From NCBI RefSeq assembly GCF_009914755.1, contig NC_060937.1: a DNA stretch of 64,000 nt, one strand, 5' to 3'. A program made the translations under genes and the position numbers. Shown in pieces: positions 32,638 to 53,046 of the stretch. Numbering within the stretch: the first letter of the stretch is position 1; every line of letters begins with the position of its first letter. This DNA is from the human T2T-CHM13v2.0 reference genome, Homo sapiens. A model generated the notes under the pieces. The model searched no databases, was not told the DNA's origin, and worked only from the letters and a program-made list of their open reading frames with translations.

Positions 32638-33680
32638 TAACACAGTGTGAATATTTGTTCTACAAAGGTGTTTGTTGGAACCATTCTTTGTAAGTATAGC
32701 TTATCAGATAGCATAGTTGGATCAGTAGATGACATGTATGGTGTACCGTGTTTCACTGTCTCAGTTGTGTTACTAAGAATGAGCATTTGATCATTTTTTT
32801 CTGGTCTCTGTCTATGTGACTATCTTGTAAGTCAATAAATTTCTGTATAGTCCAGATGGATTAAACTTCTCATTTCTTTTAAATATGTATGAATAATAAT
32901 ACAAGGAAGTAGGCATTCCATTTAATAATCAAGAGCAAGTTGTACTCAAAGCATTCAGTTAAAGTGTATCTGTGTGTGGAACTAATTTCAGACAATAGAA
33001 AATATTAGTTGAAATGTTTAAGAATTAGGCATGAAAAATAAATTTGAGAAATTTTGTTTCCTTACATGTATTTTTAAATCATAAGAGTTATTTTCTATCT
33101 GATGTAAAATTAGTTTATAAATCTTAATCAGCTTCTAGATGTTTATTAGCTTTTATGTCATGAAATGTTGGAGTCTCAGGGTTGCTGATTTTCTGCTAAT
33201 GGGAAAAATTGACTAAGTCTTTAAAATAGTTTGCAGCCTTCTCCCACAGGAGACAAGTGAAAGATAAGTGTGATTTTAGATCTTTCTTGTCCATAGTTGT
33301 TTTCAGTGGAGTCTTCCATTCTGTATCTTACCCTAAGATCTGGTTCTTCCCTCCCCATCCCCACCCCCCACCCACCGCCTGCCAGCTCACACTAATAGAT
33401 GATTCTTAATTGCCAAATGTGTTAGAGTTTGTATATCCTACTCCTGGGCCTTACATGTCGCCTGTTGGGGCTTAAGACCAGGTTGATAAGTAGGAACTGA
33501 AAGTCTTCCAGATTCACAGTAGAAAATTTTATAGACATTTCTGTTAAAGAAATATATCGATTTTATGTTTTTCAATTATGTTACTGTAAATACCTTGTAC
33601 CTGTTCATGGATTATTTTATTCTAAAATATTTTGTCAAATGTGTATCAACCAAATTAAAAAGAAAGGTTTTCATGTCAGC
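32638..33680 (+). other. CHAMP1: CHAMP1 3'UTR with tandem polyadenylation signals
   Basis: AATAAA at 32834 and ~33037; ATTAAA 33654-33659 followed by a GU/U-rich tract ~33690-33720. Confidence 0.75.
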
Positions 33681-34103
33681 AACATCTTCATGTGTGTTTT
33701 CTTTTGTGTAGTTTTCATTGTATGATATACAGATCCATTATTTCCATGTTTTCAACATAGTTTTCTTATCTGGAGCAGCATTTTCTTAGCTGTGTTTTCT
33801 CCAAGTTCTGTGGTCAAGTAAGTTAGGGGAATGCGTGTATAGGGAGGACTCTGTGTCAAAAACCTCATCCTTTCATATGAAAGGTTTTTTAATTCCAGTG
33901 GTTGCCTATCCTGCCTGCCTCTAAACAGTGTGAGGCATTTAATCTCAAAGCATTCTGATGTGTAGCCAGGATTGAGATGCTGTACTGGGTTTATTTTAGC
34001 TATTCCCAGACATTTTTTTAACAAGGAACAGTTTTGTCCTAGTTCCCCACCCGCTGGCTTCCCTATTAATATGCCCGTTGGGATAGCTTAACAATATTTA
34101 GTA

Positions 34104-34799
34104 ATATGGTTTGGCTCTGTGTCCACACTCAAATCTCTCTCTTTTTATTTTTGTTTTTTATTTTGAGACCGATCCTTGCTGTGTCACCCAGGTTGCTGTG
34201 CCGTGGTGTGATCTTGGCTCACTGCAGTCTCTGCCTTTCAGATTCAAGGGAGTCTCGTGCCTCAGCCTCCTGAGTAGCTGGGACTACATGTGTGTGCCAC
34301 CACATCTAGCTAATTTTTGTAGTTTAATAGAGATGGGGTTTTGCCATGTTGGCCAGGCTGGTCTCGAACTCTTGGGCTCAAGTGATCCACCTGCCTCACT
34401 TGAGGGAGTGCTGGGATTACAGCTGTGGGCCACCACACCTGACCCCCACCCAAATGTCATATTGAATTGTAATCCCCAGTGTTGGAGGAGGGGCCAGCCT
34501 GGTGAGAAGTGATTGGATCATGGGGGTGGACTTCCCCTTGCTGTTCTCGTGATAGTGTGTGAGTTATTTAAAAGTGTTTAGCCCTTCCCCTTCGCTCTGT
34601 TCCTCCTGCTCCAGCCATGTTGGATATGCCAGCTTCCCCTTCACCTTCTGCCGTGATTGTAAGTTTCCAGAGCCGCCCTGCCTCCTGCCCCAGCTGTGTT
34701 TCCTCTGCAGCGTGTGGAACCATTAGCTAATTAAACCTCTTTTGTTTATGAATTACCCGGTCTCAGGTCTTTGCAGCAGTGTAAGAACAGAGTAATACA
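34104..34799. mobile_element. MST-type MaLR LTR interrupted by AluJ (-, ~34140-34442)
   Basis: atatggtttggctctgtgtcc...aaatctc, ttgaattgtaatccccagtgttggagg, aattaaacctcttt, gtaagaacagagtaataca. Confidence 0.8.
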
Positions 34800-35339
34800 T
34801 TTAGATAATACCAAGTAAGGTCTTAGAAGCCTCAGATCTGTTAACTTCGGTGAACACAGCACTGAGTAGCTGCTGCTATCAATTTACGTGGCACCTTGAG
34901 AACGAGCTTCCAGATCAGGAGTTCCCTTCTAGGCAGTGATGCCAACAAATAGGACAGGTAAGATATCTTGGATATACTAGTTGTCCTTTTCTTGTCGATA
35001 CTGACTGACTGAAGTTGTTTTTGAGAAACAAAAAGGGTCTGCATTACCTAGAAACTCTCCTGGCTCCTGCAGTCTCAGACCAACCCTGTTACACAGATTC
35101 TTTTCTAAGACTTCACCCTGTCTGGTGCAAACCTGGCAGTTCATCCTAGACCTTTGCTCCAGGTGGCACCAACTAAGTCACATGACTTGCCATCTGATTT
35201 GGGGTTTTTTATAATAGTGCCATAGGATAAGAGTTAATTGCCTGGGTAAGTGGTAGTGATGCATGTGTAGTTTTGGCTTTTAAGGACTTTATTTGGCTAA
35301 ACCCCTGTGTTGTTGGTTTACCTTACTGGCTTCCACTCT

Positions 35340-38992
<3,653 letters not shown>

Positions 38993-39384
38993 TTCTGAGT
39001 ACATTTTAAAACATAAGGCATCCAATGGAATTTTTAAAACCCTTATATGGATAATTTTAAACATTTGTGTAAATAAACAATGAATTTAACAAACTCCTAT
39101 ATGTCTATAACCCTTCAGAACAACCGGAAACACATGGCCAATTCTGTTCTGTCTATATTCCCAAATAAAATTCATACATTGTGATTAGCTGATGTGTTTT
39201 TTAGTCTATATAATTTATACATTTCCCCTATATCTCCTATATATCATTTTCTTGTAATTTATTTCTTGAAGAAGCTGTGTTGATTTTCCTGATTCATCTT
39301 CAGAGTTTAAAATAGAATTTCACAAAAAGAAAAAAATAAAAGCAGACTGAAGGAATAAAAATGTCAGAAAAGAAATCAATGGGA

Positions 39385-39830
39385 TTTAAATGGTACAGCT
39401 GCTTTGGAAAACAGTCTGGCAGTTCCTCAAAAAGTAAGACATAGAATTACTCTTTGACCCATCAATTCTACTGAAGTCTTCATACTGAAGAGGATTAAAA
39501 ACATGTCCACACAAAAACTGGGACACAGATGTCCATAGCAGCATTATCCATAATAGCCAAAAGGTAGAAACAACCGAAATGTCCACCAACTGATGAGCGG
39601 ATAAATAATATGAAGTATATTCATACAATGGACTATTACTCAGCCTCAAAAAGGAATGGTTGCCAGAGGTTGGAGGAGGAAAAAATGGAAAATACAGTAT
39701 TTCTTTCTTGGGTGCTGAAAATATGTTAGAATTAAATAGTGGTGAAGTTTGTGATACTTCCAGAAAGTGCTAAATTGTACACTTCAAATGAATAAAATGT
39801 AGTATGTGAATTATACCTCAACTTAAAAAT
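39385..39830 (+). mobile_element. Old L1M 3' end fragment
   Basis: aaatggtacagctgctttggaaaacagtctggcagttcctcaaaaag...tgtgaattatacctcaa. Confidence 0.7.
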
Positions 39831-41796
39831 CAAGAACATTTTCCAGAAATAAAGTTTAAGAATTTTCAGATTTAAAAGATCTATTGAGTTCCCTTCAAAA
39901 TGAATTTCAAAGTTCTTCTACACTAAAGCACATTATTGTGAAATTTGATAACATCAGAGAAAAAGATCTGAAAAGCTTCCAGAGAAGTGAAAGAAAAAGA
40001 TCACCTGCAAAGAATCAAGAACCAAAATGGCACTGAAGTTTTTCATTGAAATTTTAGATATAATAAGAAAATGAAATTTGGCCTTCACATTCTGAGAGAA
40101 ATACATATATTTTAAACCCTACTAAGCCGCCAACCCAGTGTGAGAATAGTGCTCAGGCATTTTGGGACATGCACAGCATCAAAGCTTTACCTTCGATTAG
40201 GAAGCTACAGTAAAGTGGCAACCTAAGAAATGGGAGAATGAATTCCAGGAGCAGGTGATCCATGCAGGAGAGAGGAGCAGCATTGCCGAGAGCCAGGGGT
40301 GAAGCAATTCAAGCTGGAGACACTGAGACAAACACAGGGGCGCCTGGCATTCTCTCAGAGGCAGTACAGTGGTTCTCACAACTCAGTAAATGTGGTAATT
40401 ATCTCTTATCTGGTTACAATGCATCTTCCCAGGCCTGCCAGCAGGGATTCTAAATCCTGATGCAAATGATGTGGCAGCACTTGTGGTTATAGACATGAGT
40501 GTTTGAATCACAGATCCAGGTCCAAACCCAAATCCCCTCAGTAATTAACTGTATGCTGTCATTCAATTACTTAATCTCTCCAGCACGCCACTTCCTCAGG
40601 CCAATTCATATGGGAATATAAATTCATAGGAGTGTTATAAAGGGTAGTTTGTACAATGAGCTCGTGACTATGAAATGCTTAGCATGGCATCCAAAAAGTC
40701 CTCAGTAAGTGGTGCAACAATACCTTTTTATTACAGAAAACACACTCAACCTAGAAAACAGTGTTCATAGGGGATTCAGAGAAGTAAGTACAGTTGGGTG
40801 AGCAGAGCAAGCCAGCGTGGAGAGGGTCTTTCCTAGGTGAGGCCTCTACCACATTTGAAAGTGGGATGCAGGGCAAGAGCTCAACATCAACCAGGACGGG
40901 CAGGAATGAAGTAAATAGCTCACACCTGTTCCTTCATGGGTCAGTTCCTTTCATTTTCACTTTTGACTCTGATGCAAAATTAGAACTCTGCTCAAATGTC
41001 ACTATTCTTAATAAAGTAAAGTAAATAAGTAGGATCCAAAAACTTCAATTGCATAAAATACGTGCTCTTATGACAAGGCAAATGGGAAATATTTTGCAGT
41101 TGGTCATTGCCATCACAATAACACAAATTCTAAAACTTATACTGTTTACAACTGAACCACACCCTCAAATAATCAAAAAATGGTCCCTCCCTAAACTCTC
41201 TCCCCAGGAAGAGAAAGTCTTTGGCTGCCCCAACCTGAGCAGGAAAGCAGGTGGAGAGGGGGAGCCCACAGCTACAGTGGCAAGAAGTCTGAGGGCTGAG
41301 GGCTTTGACCAAATAATAGGGAATTGGGTTGAGTTGTTTGAATCATTTTCCAATAACTGACGTATAAAATAGATTCATTGAAGGAGCTGGGGAATGGGAG
41401 CCCACCCCTCAGTCTCCAGCCTCCCCTCAGTCTCCAGCCCCCCCAAACTACATGTTTCTCCAGAGTAACCTTGAGCCTCTCCCAGCATGGATTAAAACCC
41501 ATGGCTCTTCCAGATCTAAAATCTGAGGCTCTACAATTTAAGTCATAGTTAGGCACTTCCATACCTGTGATGGTAACATTCTTACATACTCAGTCTATCA
41601 TTGTTTAATATTGAATGAAAGACACACATTTTGTTTACTTATTATGCAGCAGCTAGTCTGTGTTCACCTGCGTTGTCTCAGGGTCAGCTCTTTATTTCCA
41701 AGAATCCTGTCCCATTTCCTGGAGCCTATTGACCGGGGGAAAGATGTGGTCAAAAGTTAAAGGTATGTTGGGCAAAGCCTTAGAAACAGCTTTTCT

Positions 41797-43360
<1,564 letters not shown>

Positions 43361-46300
43361 GGAACACAGCTTTTTATTTTTTTCTCTTTAATACCATAAA
43401 GGTCATGGGCCATTTGCCACCTGAACAGTCAGTAACACATGAGTGTAAAGAAACTGAACACCCAGGGACACCAGAGACCGTTCACTGTAGAGGAAGGAGG
43501 CAGGTATAACTCATAAGGTGAACTTCCTCCAGTCCCAAAGTGGTTCCCCTCTCCTTAAATGCGGGTCCCATGGAATTCAGATTTAGAAGTGAAGCAAATG
43601 AGAATAGCTCACAGGGGAGCAGTTCAAATGTGCCGAAAAGGATAGAGCAGCCCCAATAAGGAAGGAAGGCCAGACAAGCAATGGATTTGTAGGGAAGACA
43701 ATGTGCACCCATCAGAGCTCTGATTCCTTCACTTCCACTACCCTGCCCTGCCCACTAACTTTGAAAAAATATGGATGGCAAGTGTTGGGCCGTAAGACAT
43801 TTCCTTGCTTTATAATCTGGATTTAGTGGGTTAAATTTCAGAGATAGTGAAAACATCCCCCTTTAGTTAACTTTTAATTTCATAATTGTACCTTTTTTTT
43901 TTTTTTTTACAGATATTTGAACATGTAAAACAAAGAAAAGAGTACGGAAGTAATTTATAATCAACAAATATGTGTTCACTGAGTAAGTGATACTGACATG
44001 GCATATGGCATACAAGCATCCTGAGAGTAGGATCATGGGGCATTCAATGGTGATTGTCCCTAGAGCTGGTTAGGGCCCAGCTTTCCACTGTCCTTGTACT
44101 GCTGCGTGTACAATCGGTGTCTTCTTTAACTTCACAGAGATGCCACAAGGCAAATAGCATTGTCTTCACTTTCTGTGTAAGAAAACTAAGGCTCGGTGAG
44201 AGTATGCAGAGCTGGTTCATGGATTTGTTTGGGTCCTTCTAGTTTCAAAACCCGTGAATATTTTCCTGTCTCTAATGCTAATCTTAGCAATATATTTGGA
44301 ATAAGCATATAAACATATAACCACAGTCCACTCAGGTAATAGGCAACTAAATTATAAATAAATGCTCAACGAGATTATGAGTGATTGAATGAGCTATATA
44401 CAAGAATAATAACTGGTGGAAGTGTTATTCATAGGATAAAGTAGAAATCATTTAAATGGCTAATAGTATAAGGAGGGTTAAATCAAGCAGGTGTGGAAAT
44501 AGCTGATTTACATATATAGTTTATGCCATGTAAAACGTTTATAATCTAATATTGGATGAAAAACAGATACAATATTTTATGTACAGTATAATCTAAAATT
44601 TCTATGTTTAGTTAAAAATGCAGGAATATAATTATCAAAATTTGAGTGATAAAATTATGAATAATTTTTTTCTTTGATAACTCATTTTATATTTACCAAA
44701 GATCCTCCAAAGAGATTATACACTTTTTTTAACTAGAAAAAAGTTATTTGTTAAAGAGATCATAAATGACATAATATTTTACAGAAGTTAAGAGCTGAGA
44801 TTGTGAGAATTTCCAGGGACTCCTGCCATCAGCCCACCTCGCATCATTGTTTACATGGAAATGTTGGGACTGAGGTGACCTCATGCCTCTCAATTCCCAG
44901 CCAGCCTTCTCTCCCTCTGGCTCTTAGCTAGCCTGTTAAACAGAAAATAATCAGTGAGACGAATAAACTACACCCTAGTGTTCTAACAAGTTACACATAA
45001 TTGCTTGCTTACCAATTGTCTACCTCAGAACTTTCTTTTCCTCATAGAGTCAACATAATCATCTATTTTAAATTCGGCTTTTGCCATTTTACAGTCCAAG
45101 ATGCTGGACTTTGCATAGGGCATGGATGGGTTTCCACAGTCCACACGAGGATGGGAGGAGAACAGGGCAGATCCAGCCCCACTCAGTGAGAGTTCTGGCT
45201 GGAGTTAGTTGGCTGGACTTCACTCCAGAGAGAGACCTTCCTCTGTACCAGCTACCAAGACAGCCCCTAGTTGGAAAATCTTTTCTTCTAAGGTGAGATG
45301 CAGCCCCCACTGGAGAGAAAAACACCAGAGAGTTTTAAAAAGGAAAAACCAAGGTAAGCTGAGGGGCTTCTTGACAGGGGACACAGCAGAGTCCACCCAG
45401 CTGGGGTGAATCTCCGCAGTTCCCCAACAGGACAGCGGGTGGGAGCCCCAAGTCACTGGCCCCTGCAGTGTTGGAGCAGCGTGAGCCACCTGTAGTCACA
45501 TTGTCTCCTCTGGCAGCAGCCTCCATCCAGAAATGCATCTCAGGGTCTGTCGTCACAGGAACCTGATGCCAGAGCAGTGCGCTCAAAGTATTTGGCCACA
45601 GGTATTTTGTGGAACTGAGCATTTTCCACATCTTGCTGGAGGTCATTGTGTGTGAACTTGATGGAGCTCTTTCTCCTGGGCTTTTTTTCTAAGTGTGGGA
45701 GAGCATGGCCTGCATGACTGCTGGCTTCCAGCACGTGTCGTGCAAACCCATGCCAGGGTGTGTAATTCACTGTAGCCCTTGACAGAATAGCAGGGGATAA
45801 AGCTCATTTTTTAATCTTCTGTTTATTACCCTCAGCCAATTAACTTCTATCTACAGTAGAAGATATTTTGCCAATTTTTTTTCAAAATGGAGAAGTACCG
45901 TGCTCTTTAAAAAGTCTTTTAGAGGCACAGACTTCTCAATTTCATTACATTAAAATCACTAAAAGATAGAAAAAAGTGAAATTCACGTATCAAAGAAATT
46001 TTCTTTTAGCAAACCACTCTATTTTGTTTTGAAATGTTTGTGAATTTTCCATGCATGTGTCCAGATACATAAGGAGTTTATTCATTCAATTAAGTTAAAA
46101 CATTGGATAACATGGTAAATTCAAAAAGTAGTGAGGACACGTTTTGTTTCTCTCTGTAACTGAGAAAACTGACTGATGCCTCCTGTGTGCGAGCACTGTG
46201 TAGCTGATGCAGATGTGGAAACCAAGGTTTTCTTACTTGCTGCCGCTGGCCCTGGCACTGGATGTTGGCTCCTGGAGGGCAGGGTGTCTGTTTTTATTAC

Positions 46301-49300
46301 CACTCAGCAAGTGCCACACAAATACACATGGGTGTCTCTGCCCTCTAGTGGATCCTGGCAGGCACTGGGCGCAAATGTGACTATAAAAAAAATGAAAGAT
46401 TTAAAAAATGCCCATTACCTCTAGAGGGGATTTAATTATAACACGAGGCTTTTTTTTTTCTTTTTCAAATGGGCTGATGGGTAAAAATAATGCAAGACTG
46501 GAGATGCGTTTGCCTTTCGGCATCTATGATGACTGAGTCTTTCCTCAGTGCTGCCACAGGGAGCACATTCACACATATGTCACACAAATACCAGGGTTAG
46601 GTCAAAAAACCAAGTGTTACCTGGAGGAAGCCACAGAGGCTATGAGATGAAGCCTTCACCTAGAAGACACCCGACAGTTCAGAAACCGAGATCCTGTGAG
46701 GTGTCTTGGAGAGCTCAGCTGTGACCCCGCACCGTATGAAAGGGTGGGCATTGGGGTTCAGGCAGGTGAAGAGAATTGTCCACTGTTGAGCATCATCAGC
46801 CTAAAACCCACATGCAGTGCTACTGCTGCAAAACCACTGACTGTTGAAGCCACAAACCGCAGAAACAGAAGCCCTTTATGGTCCTCACTGTGCAACTGGT
46901 GACTTTTCAGAAGATGAAGATTAAACATATTAATCATAAATTCAAAGTATCAGAAGAAATACTAGGAGATTTTCTAACCTCTGCTGCCATGACTTTTTTT
47001 TTTTTTGCAAGATTCGTGAATTATTGTAAATAAGCTCACAGAGGCCACAGTGCTCCCCTCAAGTCATCCAGAAAGATGCAGGCTGCTAATCCCCACATCT
47101 GACACATCTGTGTTTTCTTATGATAATACACAAATTAAAGATAGGGGAGAGAGAGAGGGACAGAAAGAGAGAGACAGAGAGAATTGGAGCTAAGAGGAAA
47201 CACTTTCCTTTTTATTTTTATTTATTTTTAATTTATTTATTTTTAAGAGGAAACACTTTCATGTTTTGCCCCCCAAAATTCCCAGTGAACATTCCCATTG
47301 CCAGTGGGTGAAATCCAAGGCCCTGGCTCCAGGATCCTGCTCTTTCCTGTGGTGACTCCTGTGCAGATTTGGCCTAGAAACACTATGGAAGTTGTTACAC
47401 TTCTCTGGACAAGTCATTATACTCGTGCTTTTGGCTCACAGGCTGCACTTCCCCGGACAACCCTTCGCCCTAAGCTCCAAGTAATTCAGCTTCATCCTTC
47501 AGAGAAGAGCTCAGGTGTCACTTCCTGTAAGGTCCCTCCCTAGCCGCCTCTCCAGCAGAAGGGCCCCCACCTTGCTCTTTGCACCTCTGTCCCTCGAGGT
47601 GGTGCTGTCCTCTTTGGAGGGTGGGACCCCGGGAACTAGAGCCCCTCTCATGCTGGTGACACTCGGCACTCTGTAAGTGTGTGCTGAGCGGATACAAGTG
47701 CGGCGAGCTTGCACAGCCTTACAATGTGTACTCTCATGTCTGGCATAGAGACCCATTTTCATTCTTTGTAAAATGAGTAAGTGGGGCTGGGTGACCCATA
47801 CTCTCTTTTCAACTCAGAAGTCCACTATGAGCCTGACGTCAGATAGCTTCCCAGCCAGTGCCAGAGCAGGACCCAGGTTTTTCAATGTGTCTGTGTCCCC
47901 ACAGCACGGGGAAAGCACGGAGGAATGGGACCAGCTCTGCTTCCTGCTGCCCAGTGTCAGCCAGCAACTCCAGGCTCACAAAGCCAAGGCAAAGGCACCT
48001 GCAGGAGATCTTGGTTATTTAGTAGCTGTGATTGGGCTGGGAGGAGAGTGTGTTCACTTCTGATTTTCCAGTGAATAGCATGAGACAGTAAGGTTTGAAA
48101 TGTGTTTTTTTTCTCTTGCCAAAAACGAAAACAAAAAAGGCTTTTTACCTTCTCATCCTTGGAGCCACTGGCATTAGCTATGGGCCTGATAGTTTAAGAA
48201 AACTTGAAAATGAACTAGGTGAACCAGTATTCTCCAAATTAATATTTTGATAAATTGTGGAGTTCTGTATTGCAGCAAAGCTGTTGCTTAAGTGGGCAAA
48301 ACTCTAGAGGATAGGAAAACACACTCTTGAAATCAGGTGGTGATGCCCTGAAATTCAGCAAACTGCAGGGGCACGTGTTGTTCTACCCCAGGTCAGAGTG
48401 TGTCAGTCATCACTTGATGCCACTCACAGACCACCAACTTCAGAATATCTAGGTGTAAAGCTCTGTACAAAAGTCGTAACATAATAATGTAAATAATTTT
48501 ACCTTAATAATATTATTTATATTACACCATTACATAATGTAAGGCTATTAAAACATGTTTGTCTTCAAAGAATGGCCTTGGTTTCTGTGGGCAGTGTCTC
48601 CTTATGGAAAGGTAGTGCATTCCTGCTAAGTCCTGGACAAAACGGGCCTCCAGGAGCTCCAGGCTGCAGCAGCAGCTTCTCATCTATGTCCTTCACTGCA
48701 TGATGTCGTTGTTGACTTTGAAAGCTCCTTTCAGTCTAGTTTTATCAACAGAGCTAGTTTTTCATGAGGATCTACTACATACCAGGTTCCAGAAGGCTAA
48801 ATGCCTTTTATTTGTTATTATTCACTAAATACAAATAACAGCTCTCTTCTCATTACTCACACAACAAAATTTAGCTGAGGATGGCTCTAGGAGATGCAGA
48901 AGGGGCTGCATCATAAAGAATGAAGAAGGGATTTGTCATGAGAGATGGGACAGGAAATTCTCTAGAGGCAGAGGGAGAGCATGAGAATGTTGGGAAGGGA
49001 GGAGAGATTCTCACACATCTGGGAAGCTGACAATCCATGGGCTTCCCATCTGTGTAGTTTGCCTTCTCCAGTGTCTCATTAAATGAGGTCACACTGTGTG
49101 TATTCTCAGACTGTTTTCTTCCACTTAGCAATGTGCATGCAAGATTCACTCATGTCTTTGTGTGAGTTGATAGCTTGTTCCTTTCTATGGCTAAATAGTA
49201 TTCCATTATATGAATGTACCACAATTTGGTTATGCATTTTGGGGAGCAAAACCTTCCTCTTCTAACTTTGTTCCAGGATTGGAGACCTTCAAATTAACTG

Positions 49301-50588
49301 ACAATAGATACATTAGTAGAAGAGACAATACTTGGCTTCTTGTTCCACAAGTATCATTGCGGGACAAAATTCAGCAGATGGCAGGATCCAGTTTACAAAG
49401 AGGTAAAAATAGCCCAGAAACAAGAAACAAGACTAGAATCAGATAACTCACAATGGCTATAGTTTTCCTTTAAAAAAATTTTTTTTGAGACAGGGTCTGG
49501 CTCTGTCACCCAGGCTGGAGTGCAAGGTGCAATCTCAGCTCACTGCAACCTCTACCTCCTGGGTGCAAACGATCCTCCCTCCTCAGCCTCCTGATTAGCT
49601 GGGACTACAGGCACATGCCACCATGCCCATCTAATTTTTGTACTTTTGGTAGAGACGGGGTTTCACCACGTTGCCCAGGCTGGTCTTGAACTCCTGGCCT
49701 CCCAAAGTGCTGGAATTATAGGTGTGTGCTGCCATGACCAGCCATGTTATAGTTTTCCATTGAAACATAAAATTTCTCTCTGTAGTAACCATCATTTTTG
49801 ATCATAATCAAAGTAAGACTATTCTTGTTTCAAAAATAAGTCTAGTTTTATTAGATTTTGCTTGATTATTTACGTAAGTGCATCAAGAACAGGAGATGAC
49901 CACGTAGGTGCTTTCAAGCTTCTTTGCTGGAAGTTTTCATACAGAATCTCAGATTTGACTTTTAAAGGCCTTATTCAGGCTAAAAGCCAAGCTAAGAACT
50001 TACTATCATATTTCAGCTGCAGTCCTTATAGCTTTGTGTGAATTCCTCTCTTCTTGAGGCCCCCAAATATCCCTAAATTCCTGGGCCTACCAGGAAATGA
50101 CCTTCCTTACTAACCTGTAAGGCTGTGAACCCTGTAATCTAGGTATCAGGCTGGCTTTTCTCAGAGTGCTGTTGGGAATGAAGTTTTTGGTGTTCCAAAA
50201 TAAAAAAGAATTAATGTGGGAACAAATGATCTCTTAGCAAGGCAAGCTTTACTTTCTGCAGAAAGGGTGCTACTCAATAGCTGTCCAGCCACAAGAGCAC
50301 ACCAAACAAAGGAGACAGAGTTACTTATAATCTGATGTGTCTACCCTAGTGCTGTGTCCAGTTTCCATTGGCTGGAATAGGACCTCACATTTTACACTTT
50401 ACCCGATTGGCTGTTAGTTTAAAACTTTCTTAATTAGGTAAGGGGAATAGAAGAAAGAAAGAAAAGGAAGTTGCCCAGGGATAGTTAAGGAAGGATCTCC
50501 AAATAAGGAATGGCATGCACTATGGGCTGGGGCTTGTCTAGTTCTGTCCAGGCATGCTGGAGCAAGCTAGGACAAGTGATTTGGAATA

Positions 50589-50612
50589 CACACACACACA
50601 CACACACACACA
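50589..50612 (+). repeat. (CA)n microsatellite, ~12 units
   Basis: Direct reading. Confidence 0.95.
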
Positions 50613-51493
50613 TAAATAGTGGATAGCAATCTTATAGTAAGAAATTGTGACTTTATAATCTTTGAAGAAGAACTTTCCCATTTCTCACAGTGCTTTGTAA
50701 GCATTGTTTCCATAAAAGTCAACCTTACTTCCTTAAAATTGCTGGTCATAAATGATCTTAGGTACACTTCCTAAATATGATATTCCAGTAAAAACCTTGA
50801 TAATATAACCAAAATTTCCAATTATGTCCGTTATAAGGTGAACAGATTCTTATTGGACTTTTGCTAACAACTATATCATCGTGAAAATATGAGTATTCAG
50901 TAAGGATTTCAAAATTCTGGAAAAATCAGGCAGGGAAAAAAAGATAAATGCCTCATTTCTATTTATAAAAGTATAATCTACTAAATTGTTGTAAGTTACA
51001 GTTAGATTAAGAGAAAGAGATTTCTTAAATCCAGAAACTAGAACATTAAAGAACCAGTAATGCTCCAAAAAGCTATAAAGTTACAATCAATTTTCATCAG
51101 TTCATTCAGTGCCATGTAATCAATTCCAGTCTTTTTGGATCTTGGGTTAGCAGTGTCATGAACCCATCAGTTTCTCAACCAGACTTCTGGAGACCTTCAC
51201 TGAGTCAAGTGTATGGTCTTAAAGTTATTTAAGCAATATCATCAGAAGCCTATAACCAGAGTACCTGTCATAGTCTTTTCCGTGAGTCTCAGAGGGAGTC
51301 CTGTGTTGGAGACGAACATTCTGACTTGTAGCTGATTGCAGGAGCTTTCAGGAAAGCATCAGGGGAAATAATATCTAAATGACAAAGAGTATGAAATGGC
51401 TGTGATGAAAGATCTGATGAGAGTTCATTATACCACAGCTGACAAGGATATTCAATTTTCTGTGTGGCATACAACATTTATTTACTTATTTAG

Positions 51494-51679
<186 letters not shown>

Positions 51680-52508
51680 TAGCCAGGATGGTCTGGATGT
51701 CCTGACCTTGTGATCCACCCGCCTCAGCCTCCCAAAGTGCTGGGATTACAGGCGTGAGCCACTGCGCCTGGCACAACATTTAAAATAATAATTGGAATTA
51801 TGACTCATTACTCTATACTGGCACATAGCATGGATAAGGAAGACATTGACAAATTTCCAGGAATTTTATATAATTTCTGAAAACATAACATTGTACCCAT
51901 ACAAATATAATACAGGGATGGTTAGGTATCTCTTTTTATTTGTATCTTAAGTATGGTTTTCCTTATAAAAAATACATCCTACTTTACTTGCAAAACATGC
52001 CCTACTTTTCTTGCATGCTTTGCGTAGAGTTGTTTCTAGTTATTCTATTATTTCTAGTAGTTTTCTTTACATATATTGATTATAATTTTAACACTTAGTA
52101 ATCTTTTATTTTACAGAGAAAACTAGGAAGTAGAGAGTTATAAACTGTCATATATTACCATTCTATAGTAGGTTAGAAAATGTATGAATATACCATCTCC
52201 CAACATCTAGAGGGATGTGTTTCCTCATAGTACAATTTCTCAGTGTGGCAGAAAAAAAGACGTTTATTAATGGGCCAAAATATCTTTAGTCTCTCTGTAA
52301 AAGTAGCAAGGCAAAATTATATAAACTTGAATCATTTATGCTCAGTAATAAATGTTTTAGTATTGTATCTTATTTATAAATGGTCTAGATATTTAATGCA
52401 AATCTTTTACTTAGCTTAACTTTAAGGTTAAAAATTACCAAAAGTACTTTGGAAACTATTCTTAGGCAGATTTACTGTAAACAAATTATTTTTGAAATAA
52501 TGTTTTTC

Positions 52509-53046
52509 GCTTTTCACAAGATGGCATCGAAAGTGAAGAAGGAAGCTCCTGCCCGTCCTAAAGCTGAAGCCAAAGCGAAGGTTTTGAAGGTCAAGAAGGC
52601 AGTGTTGAAAGGTGTCCATAACCACATGCAAAAAGAAGATCCGCATGTCACCCACCTTCAGGCGGCCCAAGACACTGCGACTCCAGAGGCAGCCCAGATA
52701 TCCTCAGAAGAGCACCCCCAGGAGAAACAAGCTTGGCCACTATGCTATCATCAAGTTTCCGCTGACCGCTGAGTCGGCCGTGAAGAAGACAGAAGAAAAC
52801 AACACGCTTGTGTTCACTGTGGATGTTAAAGCCAAGAAGCACCAGATCAGACAGGCTGTGAAGAAGCTCTATGACAGTGATGTGGCCAAGGTCACCACCC
52901 TGATTTGTCCTGATAAAGAGAAGAAGGCATATGTTCGACTGGCTCCTGATTATGATGCTTTGGATGTTGCAACAAAATTGGGATCATCTAAACTGAGTCC
53001 AGCTGGCTAACTCTAAATATATGTGTATCTTTTCACCATAAAAAAA
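52509..53046 (+). pseudogene. RPL23AP97: RPL23A processed pseudogene of the subtelomeric family (probably RPL23AP97)
   Basis: ttttcacaagATG at 52521; [35 protein letters not shown] / [25 protein letters not shown]...[14 protein letters not shown]; frameshifts near 52625 and 52971; ancestral TAA 52989-52991; A tail; TSD aaat(a/g)atgtttttc at 52495-52508 and 53044-53057. Number from memory. Confidence 0.9.

Noticed and set aside
41405-41442. 18-bp tandem duplication (cccctcagtctccagcc)
   Set aside because: Two copies only; ordinary slippage.
45335-45790. Coding-looking minus-strand stretch (…KFTHNDLQQDVENAQFHKIPVAKYFERTALA…)
   Set aside because: I could not match it to any family; worth a tblastx search but unsupported as a feature.
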